Source: Azolla caroliniana
Lineage: Eukaryota; Plantae; Polypodiophyta
Reading direction: 5' to 3'
NCBI GenBank assembly: GCA_043228905.1
Contig: JBHGNT010000021.1
Span: 8,866,001 to 8,930,000 of the forward strand
DNA length: 64,000 bases
The notes beneath the pieces are model-generated. The model saw nothing but the letters and a program-made list of their open reading frames with translations. It was not told the DNA's origin and ran no database searches. The position numbers and the translations under genes were made by a program. Positions 40,001 to 49,701 of the stretch are shown one piece after another (position 1 is the first letter of the stretch; each line of letters begins with the position of its first letter).

Positions 40001-40368
40001 CTCTAAATTTAGAGCTTCTACGAGGGAGATATGACGATTAGAAGATCGTTGTATCATAGCTAAGAATAGGAGATGGAAAAGCTGTAAAAAAAGCGTGGAA
40101 AAGAAAGCAAGCGAAACTTATCTACTAGAGGAGAACTTCATATAAAGCAAGAAGAGTGAGGTGGTGAGGGGGGCTTTTTTCTTGTGGGGTTTTTCTTGCC
40201 TATTCATGTAGTGCGTTTTTTCTAGTGATCAATTCATCCTTGTAGGCTTGAGTTTATGTATCTTCTTTCTCTTGTTTCTATGATCATCACTCCTTATTAA
40301 TATATCTTTGTAGATTTGGGTTTCTATATCTTCCTTCTCTCTCTTTTCTATCATCATCTCTCTTTTCA
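37062..40368 (+). mobile_element. Element F: 3307-bp non-autonomous LTR retrotransposon (TR-GAG-like, Gypsy/Athila-type) with apparently identical LTRs
   Basis: LTRs 37062-37700 and 39730-40368 (639 bp, TG...CA, no difference seen). TSD GTATG at 37057-37061 and 40369-40373. PBS TGGCGCTCCAGGGAGG at 37705. PPT before 39730. Confidence 0.95.
37798..39471 (+). CDS. 557-aa Gag-C-terminal / acidic linker / deleted protease-RT fusion protein of element F
   Basis: Uninterrupted ORF. It has a capsid-like segment (LRRELFQLRM...FKAGLDP...PRSFHDLL), RT N-terminal remnants (VSLIVVVPK, LNDSTKRDLFLLPFRDEILD) and a thumb remnant (VDEAKIDII...RFI). There is no YxDD, RNase H or integrase. Confidence 0.75.
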   Translation: MARYGVRDATDLRRELFQLRMVSPMCYLEYEKTFLDIWSTWIGLVGGVEDVYFKMERFKAGLDPYFQYEVHMKYPRSFHDLLRVCQSYDQQLKKLLFGEAYGLSASYTINPSYNNCGSVMSQQPAYLQCPIQQVPSYHYSNFWSYNDVYEGDFRDNEEEVMNVEFPHLVHEDNHDIKNDDVKDESKEIVMRSDVMDGDANVHHVEDIIDTTSDMVVDDEYVQDEMEDMTKEVVDGEVPTTKLQDEEGNLEVIAGDWLLEINACKEALVSAKLQCMKVFVHDLCFGFALSSNKVMWASTLQQQFDQEPRDLLVMHDWSIINLSPSKDPPQLIKCIKEKESSIDIGKQEEESITIDEYSWDRENKSFHMVSKEEEEVIEEKSIITLKGKKKMISNDVQGGEDLRFISLFFKFTKLFINEYSQIRVEGIKHHIKLENLKFVSLIVVVPKEKDVNFQSLNDSTKRDLFLLPFRDEILDEMVIHKKQGNVENVVCQEESHVDEAKIDIIQNMTILTSLEALKVFVQKVRSLERFIHMLTCLLLSRVMYHIDLLLFGKLMKIY

Positions 40369-43300
40369 GTATGGAAAACAGATAGCCGCAACACACCCGA
40401 CATCATTACCGAGAGAATTGAGTCCATTCGGACATTCACGGTCCTATGCCACATCAGTCTCTCAGAGGTGCCTTGTACATCATCAGCTTTATCGATGACT
40501 CGACTTGCAAGGTGTGGGATTATCCCATCAAAACAAAAGATCGAATGGCTCACTATGGTAGAGAACCAGTCTGGTTGAAAGCGTAAATGTCTTCGAACCG
40601 ATAATGAGGGGAGTATAAGTCAGAGGAGTTCATCAAATTTTGCCGACAACGCGACATTCGACGTGAATATACGACACCCTATAGTCCGGAGCAGAATGGA
40701 ATTTGCAAATGAATGAATCAGACAATTCAAGAATGTATAGTTTCCATGCTCCAACACTCTGGATTGTTGAATGGTTTCTGGGCAGAGGCCCTACTTACGA
40801 CAGTACACATAATTAACATGTCACCGAGTAGGCCTCTAGGACTTCAAGTACCTCAAGAATTATGGACTAGTAAGAAGCCAAATTACGACAAGTTGAGGAT
40901 TTTCAGACGCGAGGCATACACCCCCATACTAAAAGACGACCGCTTCAAATTAGAACCGAGGTCTAGGAAATGTATTTTCCTTGGCTATGGACCAGACGAC
41001 GAGATTGGATACCAACTCTGGGACCGAGCATAGGTAGATCGTCCGAAGTTCAGACATAGTGTTCAATGAGTCAGTTATGCATAAGATGACCGATAGGCCT
41101 ATTGAAGTCTGAAGGGTAGCCTTCTTAGATGTGCCAACCCTTCATGATGACCCATCCCATAACACAAGGTCGGCTTCATGGGTAGCCGAATCCTCTAGCA
41201 CCAACTCAGACGCGCTCAATTTGGCACATCCAAACGATTCGGTTGTGGACCATCTGACTCCGACACCCGATGCGACTGATCCAGTCATACCTCGAAGATC
41301 CGAGCGATTGTCACAACCCCCAGAGAGGTACTCTCCTGGGATCTTCTTTACGGACCTCGGCGAACTGATGTCATACGAAGAAGCATTGACATCAGGCGAT
41401 TCGTCCTCATGGCATTTGGCGATGGAGTCAGAAATGAAGATCCATTCGGGCAAACAAGGCTTGGGACTTGGTTGAATTATCAAAGAATCAACGTGCTCTT
41501 CCATGCAAGTGGGTCTATCAAATCAAAGAGATGTCTGATTTAGCCATCCCAAAGTACAAGCCCAAACTAGTCGCGTAGGGTTTCTGATAGAAATATGGCA
41601 TCAATTTCGACGATATCTTTTCAACAATGGTGAAAATGGCAAACCTTCGATTCATGCTCGGCGTAGTGGGAACTAAAGATCTGGAGCTGATTCAGCTGGA
41701 TGTAAAAACGACATTCCTCCAAGGTGACTTAGAAGAGGAAATTTATATAGAGCAGCCGAAAGGCTTTGTGGCATCCGGCCAAGAACATCTAGTCTACTAA
41801 CTCAAGAAGAGTCTATACAACCTAAAGCAGGCACCGAGACAATGGTATAAGAAGTTAGACGACTTCATCCAATCAATCGGTTTCTCCAAGAGCAATGAGG
41901 AACACTGCCTCTTCATGAAAACAGCTCGAGATGGGTCACCCATCTTCCTCTTCATCTACGTGGATGACATGCTTCTCTCCAGTCGGCATGCCAGAGAGCT
42001 CGTCGAACTCGTTTGACAACTACGATTGAAGTTTACCATGAAGGACCTCATTCCTGCAAGGCACATTCTTGGAATGAAGATAAGTCAGAATCAAAACCGA
42101 AGACAGTTGTTTCTATCTCAATCTGACTACATTGGACGTGTCTTAGAGTGCTTCAACATGCAATCGGCCAAATCTGCTTCGACCCTGCTCCCCATTAACC
42201 TTCGGCTCCCTTAGTGAGACTGCTCGACATCCAGTCTGAAGGGGGAAGATATGAAGTCGGTACCATATGCACCGGCAATTGGCTCCTTCATGTACGCGAT
42301 GGTCGTGACACAGCCTAACATTGCTCATGTTGTAGGTGTCGTCAGCAGATTCATGCACAACCCAAGCTGATCGCATTGGAATGCAAGTAAGCATATATTT
42401 AGATACCTGGTGGGCACACAAGACCTTGACATTCTATTCGGTCCGAACAAAAACTCAGGCGTAGTCAGCTACACCAACTCAGATGGTTGTGTGGACAACC
42501 GAAAATCAACAACCGTATATTGTTTCAAATTCGGCAATGGAGCAATTTCATGAAATCAAAACTTCAAGAGTGCACTACCACATCAACAACTAAGGTTGAA
42601 TACATAGCCATGTATGATGTGGCGAAAGAGGCTTTATGGCTCGGTTAGCAAGCACACACGTTTCAACAAGTCGACTCTGACTCGGCTCCAATGGTCTACA
42701 TTGACAGTCAGGGTGTTGTTTGTTGAGTGGCAAGCTCAACCGGATCCGGATCAGCTGAATAAGCCTGAGCCGGATCGGCATCTGGAAGGATGAGACGGAT
42801 CGGTGAGATGGTGAGTAGGTGAGCCGGTGAGCTGGGGAGCCGGTTAGTCGGATCAAGCAGTAACCGGAAGCCAAGTAGTAGCTAGACTACTAGGTAGTTA
42901 AGGTCTTGTAGTTAGTGTTAGATGCTCGTGTGAGCATTGAAGTACACCGTACTTCTGTTAGTCCATATGGACTTGTATAAAAGTGTTCACTGAACACATA
43001 CGATGTATAGAGTATTACAGAGTTTTAGAGTTATTTTGAATATAGTCTTATGTTTTGCTCTTCCTCTCTCTCTATGTCTCTCCCGCGTACTGTGTATATT
43101 CAAGCTCTCCATTAAACCCGCGTTTCTGTGTTTTTCGGTTTTCTATTGCTTCCGCACACTATTCTTTCACATGGTATCAGAGCGCGAGGGTTGAGAACCT
43201 CTGCAGCCGACATCAGCATTTGAAGACAAACCCTAAGAATAGAAAGAGAAGTAATGGACAGAGGAATGGCTAGCTCGCTCTCGACGGAGAAGCTCGACAG

Positions 43301-45364
43301 AAACAACTACGTATCTTGGTCCTACAAGATGCACCAGTACCTTCTCGGGCACGATTACTGGAGCTATGTTGACGGAGCAAACGACACAACACCTGAATCG
43401 ACACACAGAGATTTCCCGGTGTGGGAACAATCGGCGAGCAGAGTATTGTACTGCTTCGCGTCTTGTGTGGGCGAACAACTCCTAAGCTACATTCGGGATG
43501 CAAAGACGCCGAAAGATGCTTGGGGAAATCTGAAGAAGATTTTTGCTACAAGCACTACAACCAGGAAGCTTCAACTCCGATAGGAGCTGAGCAACCTACA
43601 ACAACGCGACTTGTCGGTGGCAGACTACACCTCCAAAATCAAGGACATTTGCGACTCTCTGGCCTCCATCGATGTGAATATCGAAGAAGCCGATATGGTG
43701 CAAATCTGTCTCGGAGGTTTGGCGTCAAAGTTCGGAGCGTTCCAAATTGCTGTGTGTACAAGGGAGAATACGCCGTCATTTTTTGACTTACAATCGATGC
43801 TCCTTGTAGAGGAGAACCACGCCGGTGCGTCAAAAAGTGCACCCACCGACAACCGGATGCTGTACACAGAGGCGGATCGGCCCTGTGGGTGTGGTGGACG
43901 AGGCAGGTAGGCTCGCAATGGTAACGGTCGGCAAGAGCATGACCGAAGGCATAGAGAACGTGCCGACAACAGTTCCAGACCCTCCACAAGCAGGGGGAGT
44001 CAAGGCCCGCAAGAAAGGCCGACACGGAATGCTAGGGCCACAGAGAAAGCGTGTGCTGATTCGGACAGATCCGGATCCAGCAAGGCCGGCAAAGAGAACC
44101 GACAATACTCGCACTATGCAGAAGGATCGGGAGGATCCAAAACTGAAAAAACCAGTAAAGGGCCAACCTTGGTGATGAAACACGAGGCTAACTCAATGAA
44201 GAAGCTCACTTCCAAATCTAAGGAAGTGTGGTACGTTGATTCTAGTGTGTCGAATCACATGAAGAGGCACAAAGAGTAGCTCTCCTTCTTGGAGAAACCA
44301 GAACAACAAGGAGTCGTCGAAACCAGAGACGACACTCCTCACCCAATCGTGCATATTAGAGAAGTCCCTCTGAGCCACGTCAGACAGAAGGGGAAGCTGA
44401 TGAACATATTACACGTTCTGACTATCATGAAGAACCTGGTGTCAGTCGGTCAGATCGTTGACCAGGGGATGCAGGTGCGGTTTACGCACCTTGGGTGCTT
44501 CATCGAAGAAGAGGGCCAGATTATTGTGCAAGGGCGCAAAGAAGGGAGGATGTTCATCCTCGACACCAATGACGTCGACACCGCTTTGTTCGCCAAAGGA
44601 CAGAAGATTGAATCGGATATTGATCTCTGGCACAAGCGGATCGGCCACGTCAATTATTGGAGGCTTCAAGACCTGCAAACGAAACAAGTTGTTTTCGGTT
44701 TGCCGAAGTTCAGTGGCCGGAAGGCCCAAATATGTGAAGCCTGCCAACTTGGGAAGCAACACCGGCTTCCATTCCCCACGGAACGAAACCGTAGCCGTAA
44801 CAAGCTCGACCTTATTCATTCGGATGTATGGGGACCGGCACAGAATGTTAGTTTTGACGGGAGTCGATATTTCGTCTCCTTCATCGACGACTACTGTTGA
44901 GATCTTGACGCTTTCAAAACCTTCTTCTTCCTCGGCCACAACCGAGGAACCACGAATCAATGCAGCAGAAAATCGGAAAACACTGAGAGAGACTCGAATA
45001 CACAGGGTTTAACGTGGAAAACCCTAGACGGGAAAAACCACGGGAGTGCAAGACTCCAACGATCACTATATGCAGGGAATGTACAATGGCGAGCTGCAAG
45101 GCGACGACCTTGAGCTCGCTGTCCTCGCCACAGGCGGCGGTATTACACAGAGGCGTCGACCTCTTCCTTTCTCACTCTCTCGGTTGTTCTCACTTCGCTC
45201 CCTCTAAGTGAAAAACAGAAAATGAGCAACAACAACAAAACTGTTTGCCCTAAGTCATATTTATACACATATGACTTTTCGGGCTATTTACAAATACAGC
45301 CTCAAGGGCCCTTGGCAAACATATTCACTAATATGTCCCCGCATCCGGATCTCTCTCCGGGTAC

Positions 45365-45575
45365 ATTCGTCATCCGGCACCGTAGCCGGGGTCATCATCA
45401 TCCAGCTCCGTAGCCGGGGTCTTCATCATCCGGCTCTGAAAACGGTTCTTCATCATCCGGCTCCGGAACCCGGTCTTCATCATCCGTATCCGTAGCCGGG
45501 GTCTTCATCATCCGGCTCCGAAAACGGGTCTTCATCGTCCGGCTCCGGAAACCGGGTCTTCATCATCCGATTCCC
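45365..45575. repeat. ~27-bp tandem repeat array in the U3 of the Copia C LTR (also at ~50203-50413)
   Basis: About 8 copies of GGTCTTCATCATCCGGCTCCG with variable spacers. Confidence 0.9.
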
Positions 45576-45627
45576 GGACATCCGACCATCCCATCCGGAG
45601 GGACCGTAATCCCAACAAACTCCCCCT

Positions 45628-48600
45628 TCACTTCGGCATGGGATGTCTTTCCAGTCCGACCTTCTTCCGGCACGCTTCCAGCTTGTCGGGTGTGAGCACT
45701 TTGGTCAGCATGTCTGAACCGTTCTCGTCCGTGTGGATCTTCGTCAGCACGAACTCCTGGTCTTCTATCCTTTCCCGGATCCAGTGATATCTTCGCTGGA
45801 TGTGCTTCGTCCGGGAGTGATAGGCCGCGTTCTTCGCAAGATGGATGGCACTCTGACTGTCGCAGTAGAGTCGGTACTCCTCCTGCCGGATACCGAGCTC
45901 TCTAATGAAGTCCTTCATCCATATCATTTCCTTGCCGGCTTCAACAGCCACCATGTACTCCGCCTCCGTGGTTGACAATGCAACCGTCTTCTGCAGCCTC
46001 GACTGCCACGAAACAGCTCCCCCTGCATACGTCATCACATACCCTGATGTGGACCGGCTGGTATCTGCATCAGCTGACATATCCGAATCGGTAAAGCTGT
46101 CGAGTTCGGGCTTACCGGAGCCGAATCGGAGGCACACGTTTGCCGTGCCCTTCAGGTATCGGAGTATCCACTTGACCGCGTTCCAGTGCTCTTTGCCGGG
46201 ATTGCTCATGTACCGGCTCACCACTCCGACTGCATATCCTATGTCCGGTCTTGTACACACCATTGCGTACATCAAGCTTCCGACGACAGAGGCATATGGT
46301 ACTTTCATCATGTCCTCCTTCTCAGCCTTTGTCTTGGGGCTTTGCTTGCTGGACAACTTGCAGTTTGCCGGGAGGGTTGACCCGACCGGTCTTGCTTCCG
46401 ACATGTTGAACCGGTGAAGTACCTTTGTCACGTACTTCTCCTGTGACAGCCACAACTGCTTCTTCTTCCGGTCCCGGATGATGTGCATCCCTAGTATTTG
46501 CCTCGCCGGACCCAGGTCCTTCATTGAGAAGGTTCGGTGAAGCGCTTTCTTCAGCATCCGTATCTTGACCTGGTCCCGTCCGACGATCAACATGTCGTCC
46601 ACGTACAGGAGGAGTATTAGAAAGTCTCCTACTTCGAACTTCTTCACAAACACGCAGTGATCGGACTGCGTTTTGTGGTACCCTTCTTCGGTCATGAAAG
46701 AGTCGAACTTCCGGTACCATTGCTGGGGAGCCTGCTTCAGTCCGTAAAGGCTCTTCTTCAACCGGCATACCAGGTGCTCCTTCCCTTTCTTCTCGAATCC
46801 TTCCGGTTGCTGCATGTAGATCTCTTCTTTGAGGTCACCGTGAAGGAATGCCGTCTTCATGTCCATCTGTTCTACCTCGAGGTTCATGCTTGCCGCTATG
46901 CTCAGCACCGTCCGGATGGAGGTCATCTTCACTACCGGGGCAAATATCTCGTCGAAGTCGACGCCCTTCTTCTGCTGGAACCCCTTCACCACGATCCTGG
47001 CTTTGTATCTCGGGGGGCTTCCGGCATCTCCCGGTTTCAGCTTGAACACCCACCTGTTTCGAAGTGCCCGCTTTCCTTTCGGCAACTCCACAAGTTCATA
47101 TGTGTGGTTCTCATGCAGGGAATCCATCTCCTCCTGCATGGCACTTAACCACCTGCGGCTATGGGTGTCAAGCTTTGCTTCTTCAAAACTCTCCGGCTCC
47201 CCCTCGTCGGTTAGCAGCACGTGCTCTGGTTCCGGAAATCTCCGGGGGGCCCTTCTCTCTCTTAGAGGATATCTCCGTTCCGGAGCTTCGGTAACCGGCT
47301 CCTCCGTTTCCTCTTCATCCGAATCCATTTCGGGATCGGGGCCGGTTCCGGTATCAGTTTCATCTTCCTCGGCCGGTTCTGTTTCTTCACCGTCTTCGGC
47401 CCGATCCTCGAGTGCTAACCGGTCCCTTGCCGGTCGGGACTGCTCCTCGTAGAGTTGATCCTCACCGGTCGACTTGGAGCTCTTCATCTTCTTCTCCGAC
47501 TCCCAGTCGGCGAGTGTCTTGTCCTCCATGAAGATGATATCACGACTCTGGAATATCTTTTTGTCGACCGGGTCCCATACTCGGTAGCCGAACTCGTCAT
47601 CGCCGTAACCGAGGAATATGCATGGCCGGGTCTTTGGATCTAGCTTTCCTCTCCGGTCCTTTGCCACATGCACATATGCGAGACACCCGAACACCTTCAG
47701 ATGCCGGTAGGATACTTCCCTACCGGTCCACACTCTCTGCGGCGTGTCTCCGTCCAAAGGTACTGAGGGTGATCTGTTTATCACGTATGTCGCCGTCGAC
47801 ATTGCCTCAACCCAAAACCCCTTGGGTAATTTCGCATGCGCCAGCATACTCCGGACCCTCTCCATTATGGTCCGGTTCATCCTCTCGGCCAGCCCGTTCA
47901 GTTCCGGCGTCTTCGGCACAGTAAACTCGAGCCGGATTCCCTTCGAGCGACAGTACTCCTCGAATTGCCCCCGGTATTCCCCTCCGTTATCCGCTCGTAT
48001 CGCTTTCAGCTTCTTGCCGGATTCCCTTTCCACTCTCGCGTGGAGTTCTTTGAAGACGCACAACACTTGGCTCTTTGTCTTCAACGGTGCCGTCCACAGC
48101 TTCCGGCTGTGGTTATCAATGAATGTCACGAAGTACTGGGCTCCGCCATGTGACTTCGTTTCTACTTGACACACGTCAGTGTGCACCAACTCCAATGGTG
48201 CGCTACGTCTCGTCGGTGGCCTTGAGTGGAAGGAGGTTCGGTTCTGCTTATCGGCCAGGCAATCGGTGCACTTCTCCAGGTGCACATGCTTCACTGGAAT
48301 AAGGTTGTCTTCTGCAAGCCTCTTCATCCCCTTCTCACTCATGTGGCACAGTCTCTTGTGCCACAACTCACCGGCAGTGTCGGCTGCCACGTTCAACTCT
48401 TCCGGACACAACCAGGCATTCATAAGGTACAGTGTGTTGACTTTCCGGGCCCGAGCCACTATCAGGCTCCCCTTGCTGAACTTCATTACGCCGTTCCGGA
48501 TGCTACCTGTGTAGCCTTCATCGTCTAGCCTCCCGGCCGAAATCAGGTTCAATCGAACCTCCGGAACGTGTCGGACATCCTTCAGCAACATTTTGCATCC

Positions 48601-49701
48601 GGTCGAGGTTGTCAACCACACGTCTCCTATGCCGGCAATCCGGCACGTACCTTCATTTCCCATCCGAACACAGCCATGCTCACCGGCTGTGTAGGATGAG
48701 AAGTATCTTCTTTCCGGGGTCAGGTGGAACGACGCTCCGGAATCGACCACCCAGGTAGTCTCATCGCCGGCAATGTTTAGTTCACCTTCTTCGGTGATGA
48801 GCATGATCTCCTCTTCACTTGCCGCGAGTGCCGTCGTTCCTTTCCGGTCCTGCCCTCGCCGATCCGAACCATTCCGGTCCGTGGCTCCCCGGTAAGCACC
48901 GTTCTGTTCCGAAGACTTCTTCGAATCGGTGTCGTCGGCTCCGTTGTCTTTTCGGTAATGCCGACAATTCTTTCGGAAGTGCCCCGGCTTCCCACAGTGG
49001 AAGCATGTGGGCCTTCCTCTTGACTGCGACCGGGTCCCCGACTTCTCCCGTCTTTGCGGACTCCGGTTCCGTTGTCTTCCCCGATCCGATTCGGTAAGCA
49101 ACATCTTTGGATCGGAGGCCGGTTCTTTATCTCTCCGACGCGCTTCTTCGTTCAAAATGCTTGTCTTTACCGTTTGTAAGGACAAGTTATCTTCGGTGCA
49201 GGAGGTGCTGAGAGTCACCACCAAGTTCTCCCAGCTCTCCGGCAATGTACACATCAGGATGATGGCTTGCATTGCATCCTCCAACGGGAACTTGATCCCC
49301 GCAAGCTGGTTCACGAATCCCATGAACGTGCTTACGTGTTCCACCATACTCTCGCCGTCCCGGTACTTGAGATTCACTATCTTCCTCATCAGGGAGGTCC
49401 GGTTCAACGCATTCTTCCTCTCGTAGAGGCCCGACAGCTTCCGCCACATCTCATATGCGTTGGTGTCGTTCGCCACATGTTGTAGAACGCTCACGTCGAC
49501 GTATTGCCGAATGGTTGCAACGGCTTTCCGGTTCAGAAGCCTCCATTCCGTCTCAAGTACCCCCTTGGGTATTTCCGACCTGTCGATCGGTTCATACAGG
49601 TCCCGAACAATGAGCAAATCCTCCATCTTTATCTTCCAGTCGGCGTAGTTCTGCGCATTCAGCACCATCATCCCCGGCTGCCCGCTGCTGCCGCCTTCCA
49701 T
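45628..49701 (-). CDS. Copia C Gag-Pol polyprotein, 1357 aa (Gag, Zn knuckle, protease, integrase, RT, RNase H)
   Basis: Single ORF from the first ATG after the PBS. Motifs CFHCGKPGHFRKNC, WVVDSGASFH, HTDVC, RADNGGEY, LYVDDML, FTDSD and KHIQRRYHW. Confidence 0.95.
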   Translation of the reverse strand: MEGGSSGQPGMMVLNAQNYADWKIKMEDLLIVRDLYEPIDRSEIPKGVLETEWRLLNRKAVATIRQYVDVSVLQHVANDTNAYEMWRKLSGLYERKNALNRTSLMRKIVNLKYRDGESMVEHVSTFMGFVNQLAGIKFPLEDAMQAIILMCTLPESWENLVVTLSTSCTEDNLSLQTVKTSILNEEARRRDKEPASDPKMLLTESDRGRQRNRSPQRREKSGTRSQSRGRPTCFHCGKPGHFRKNCRHYRKDNGADDTDSKKSSEQNGAYRGATDRNGSDRRGQDRKGTTALAASEEEIMLITEEGELNIAGDETTWVVDSGASFHLTPERRYFSSYTAGEHGCVRMGNEGTCRIAGIGDVWLTTSTGCKMLLKDVRHVPEVRLNLISAGRLDDEGYTGSIRNGVMKFSKGSLIVARARKVNTLYLMNAWLCPEELNVAADTAGELWHKRLCHMSEKGMKRLAEDNLIPVKHVHLEKCTDCLADKQNRTSFHSRPPTRRSAPLELVHTDVCQVETKSHGGAQYFVTFIDNHSRKLWTAPLKTKSQVLCVFKELHARVERESGKKLKAIRADNGGEYRGQFEEYCRSKGIRLEFTVPKTPELNGLAERMNRTIMERVRSMLAHAKLPKGFWVEAMSTATYVINRSPSVPLDGDTPQRVWTGREVSYRHLKVFGCLAYVHVAKDRRGKLDPKTRPCIFLGYGDDEFGYRVWDPVDKKIFQSRDIIFMEDKTLADWESEKKMKSSKSTGEDQLYEEQSRPARDRLALEDRAEDGEETEPAEEDETDTGTGPDPEMDSDEEETEEPVTEAPERRYPLRERRAPRRFPEPEHVLLTDEGEPESFEEAKLDTHSRRWLSAMQEEMDSLHENHTYELVELPKGKRALRNRWVFKLKPGDAGSPPRYKARIVVKGFQQKKGVDFDEIFAPVVKMTSIRTVLSIAASMNLEVEQMDMKTAFLHGDLKEEIYMQQPEGFEKKGKEHLVCRLKKSLYGLKQAPQQWYRKFDSFMTEEGYHKTQSDHCVFVKKFEVGDFLILLLYVDDMLIVGRDQVKIRMLKKALHRTFSMKDLGPARQILGMHIIRDRKKKQLWLSQEKYVTKVLHRFNMSEARPVGSTLPANCKLSSKQSPKTKAEKEDMMKVPYASVVGSLMYAMVCTRPDIGYAVGVVSRYMSNPGKEHWNAVKWILRYLKGTANVCLRFGSGKPELDSFTDSDMSADADTSRSTSGYVMTYAGGAVSWQSRLQKTVALSTTEAEYMVAVEAGKEMIWMKDFIRELGIRQEEYRLYCDSQSAIHLAKNAAYHSRTKHIQRRYHWIRERIEDQEFVLTKIHTDENGSDMLTKVLTPDKLEACRKKVGLERHPMPK

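Noticed and set aside
45365-45575. Repeat-spacer pattern resembling a CRISPR array
   Set aside because: The spacers are only a few bases long and recurrent, the array lies in both LTRs, there are no cas genes, and the context is eukaryotic.
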